A stretch of DNA of 64,000 bases from Fidelibacterota bacterium (GTDB lineage: Bacteria; Fidelibacterota; UBA8477; JABMPR01). The translations under genes and the position numbers were made by a program. The stretch covers positions 143 through 64,142 of the forward strand of contig JAIPGJ010000002.1 in the NCBI GenBank assembly GCA_021736185.1, read 5' to 3'. The notes under the pieces are model-generated. The model had not been told where the DNA came from and did no database searches. It saw nothing but the letters and a program-made list of their open reading frames with translations. Numbering within the stretch: the first letter of the stretch is position 1; the number at the start of each line of letters is the position of its first letter. Below are positions 62,751 to 64,000 of the stretch, one piece after another.

Positions 62751-62850
62751 TTTTTATCCACATCTTGCTTTCATACCTAAAAAGAAAAACCCGGTACCCT
62801 TTGAAATAGTCAGGATACCGGGTTTCGAAACGTAAGCAAATTAAAGCGAT

Positions 62851-64000
62851 CTAGTGAACGGTGTGCTCGATGGACTTCTGAAGCTTGGGGTCACCAAAAG
62901 CAATGACGGGATCTTGGCCCATTTTCAAAAATAACCACCAGACAAAGATGCCACCCAGACCCAGAAAGGTGGTGATATGCATCCATGAAATTTGCATATA
63001 ATGGTCATTGAAGGTGGGGTTAATCATCCAGAAATGATCCACATAATGCATAAACAGCATCAAGCTTGAAATAGCCAGAATCAACCGAGGAACCCTTTTG
63101 GTCGCACGAAAGGACAGAACCATAAAAGGGACAATAAAGTGAAACAGGATAAGGAAAAGACTGACGGCCTTCCAGCCATGTTCCCAACGATGGAGAAACC
63201 AGATGGTCTCCTCGGGAATATTGCCATACCAGATCAGAAAATATTGGGCACCACCGATATAGGCCCACCAGGCGGTAAAGGCGAACAGGAATTTTCCCAG
63301 ATCATGGGTGTGTTCCGCAGTGACAATCTCACCGGCACCATGGTTTCGCAATACGATGGCCAGTATGGATAAGAAAGCGATGGCCGCCAGGAAAGCCCCT
63401 GAAAACACATAAACACCAAAAATGGTTGAGTACCAGTGGGGATCCAGGCTCATCAGCCAATCAAAAGCAAACAAAGTTACTGTAATAGCAAACAGCACGG
63501 TTCCACCTGCCGCCTTGCGACGCATTTTTCCCAGGCTCTCTACATTCCCTTTATCCTGTGCCAGCGAGAGCGTTCTCAGTCCATGAATCAGCCAGCTCCA
63601 GATCACGAAAAAGATGATATTGCGGATAAAAAAGAAGGTGGTATTCAGGTAGGGCGCTTTCCATTGAAGTATGGCATCATGGGCGACATGGGGATCCTCC
63701 ACATGGCTCCAGTGAAACAGGTCATGCATCCCGAAAAACAGGGGCAGCATGGCCAGGCCCATGAGGGGCAAGGTGTAGGCCAGATTTTCAGCGACCCGGC
63801 GCATGACCACCCCCCAGTAAGCACCGGTGATGTGATGGATCAAAACAAAAAAGAGTCCGCCCAGACCCAGGGTGGTAAAAAAGGTAAAAGCCGTGAGATA
63901 GGCCTGGAAAAATTGGGCATGATCCATAAAGGCGCCGACCACAGAGAGCAGCAATCCAGCAACACCAGCAATCAATGCTTTCTGAGCGAATGACCCGGTC
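62851..64000 (-). CDS. polytopic membrane protein, possibly ActF/NrfD-like subunit of alternative complex III; N-terminus beyond window
   Basis: More than 10 TM segments. The frame stays open upstream of the listed TTG (63975) to the window edge. HHITGAYWGVVMRRVAE resembles ActF-type proteins (from memory). Confidence 0.45.
   Translation of the reverse strand, partial: TGSFAQKALIAGVAGLLLSVVGAFMDHAQFFQAYLTAFTFFTTLGLGGLFFVLIHHITGAYWGVVMRRVAENLAYTLPLMGLAMLPLFFGMHDLFHWSHVEDPHVAHDAILQWKAPYLNTTFFFIRNIIFFVIWSWLIHGLRTLSLAQDKGNVESLGKMRRKAAGGTVLFAITVTLFAFDWLMSLDPHWYSTIFGVYVFSGAFLAAIAFLSILAIVLRNHGAGEIVTAEHTHDLGKFLFAFTAWWAYIGGAQYFLIWYGNIPEETIWFLHRWEHGWKAVSLFLILFHFIVPFMVLSFRATKRVPRLILAISSLMLFMHYVDHFWMINPTFNDHYMQISWMHITTFLGLGGIFVWWLFLKMGQDPVIAFGDPKLQKSIEHTVH

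Overview
This 64-kb chromosomal window holds about 60 protein genes. I saw no rRNA, tRNA or CRISPR array. All family calls come from reading motifs in the supplied translations; no searches were run.

Four secreted proteins end in the same T9SS-type C-terminal sorting domain (NYPNPFNPST...LLK). With a partial ActF/NrfD-like gene at the right edge, this suggests an FCB-superphylum-like uncultivated lineage (inference only).

Core content:
- A lipoate / 2-oxoacid dehydrogenase cluster: lipB, fused E1 alpha-beta, E2, lipA and lpdA.
- folE-yhhQ-queD.
- An amgK/murU-like cell-wall recycling pair.
- aacS, arfB, bcp and msrC-like genes, a GH9-CE4 fusion, a CaCA antiporter, a GltS-like symporter, and a DASS permease paired with a binding protein.
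- A lipid-related block (DUF2878, START, DUF1295, three lipocalins).

Observations most worth follow-up:
1. A thioredoxin-fold lipoprotein gene is split by the ORF caller at an in-frame UGA. The UGA sits exactly at the first Cys of the WCxxC motif and is followed by a possible SECIS hairpin, so this is a candidate selenoprotein.
2. A class-C group II intron (RT/maturase, domain V with a CGC triad, domain VI with a bulged A) is inserted immediately after a rho-independent terminator. An uninterrupted paralogous copy of the same intergenic module lies elsewhere in the window and pins the intron boundaries.
3. A RAYT (IS200-like Y1 transposase) is flanked by two near-identical 13-bp-stem REP hairpins, with a third degenerate copy about 8 kb away.
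4. A second family of BIME-like inverted repeat pairs occurs at four or more intergenic sites.
5. Unusual domain fusions: AmgK-like kinase with a RapZ C-terminal domain, DAK2 with DegV, and FecR with TSP3 repeats and a beta-barrel.
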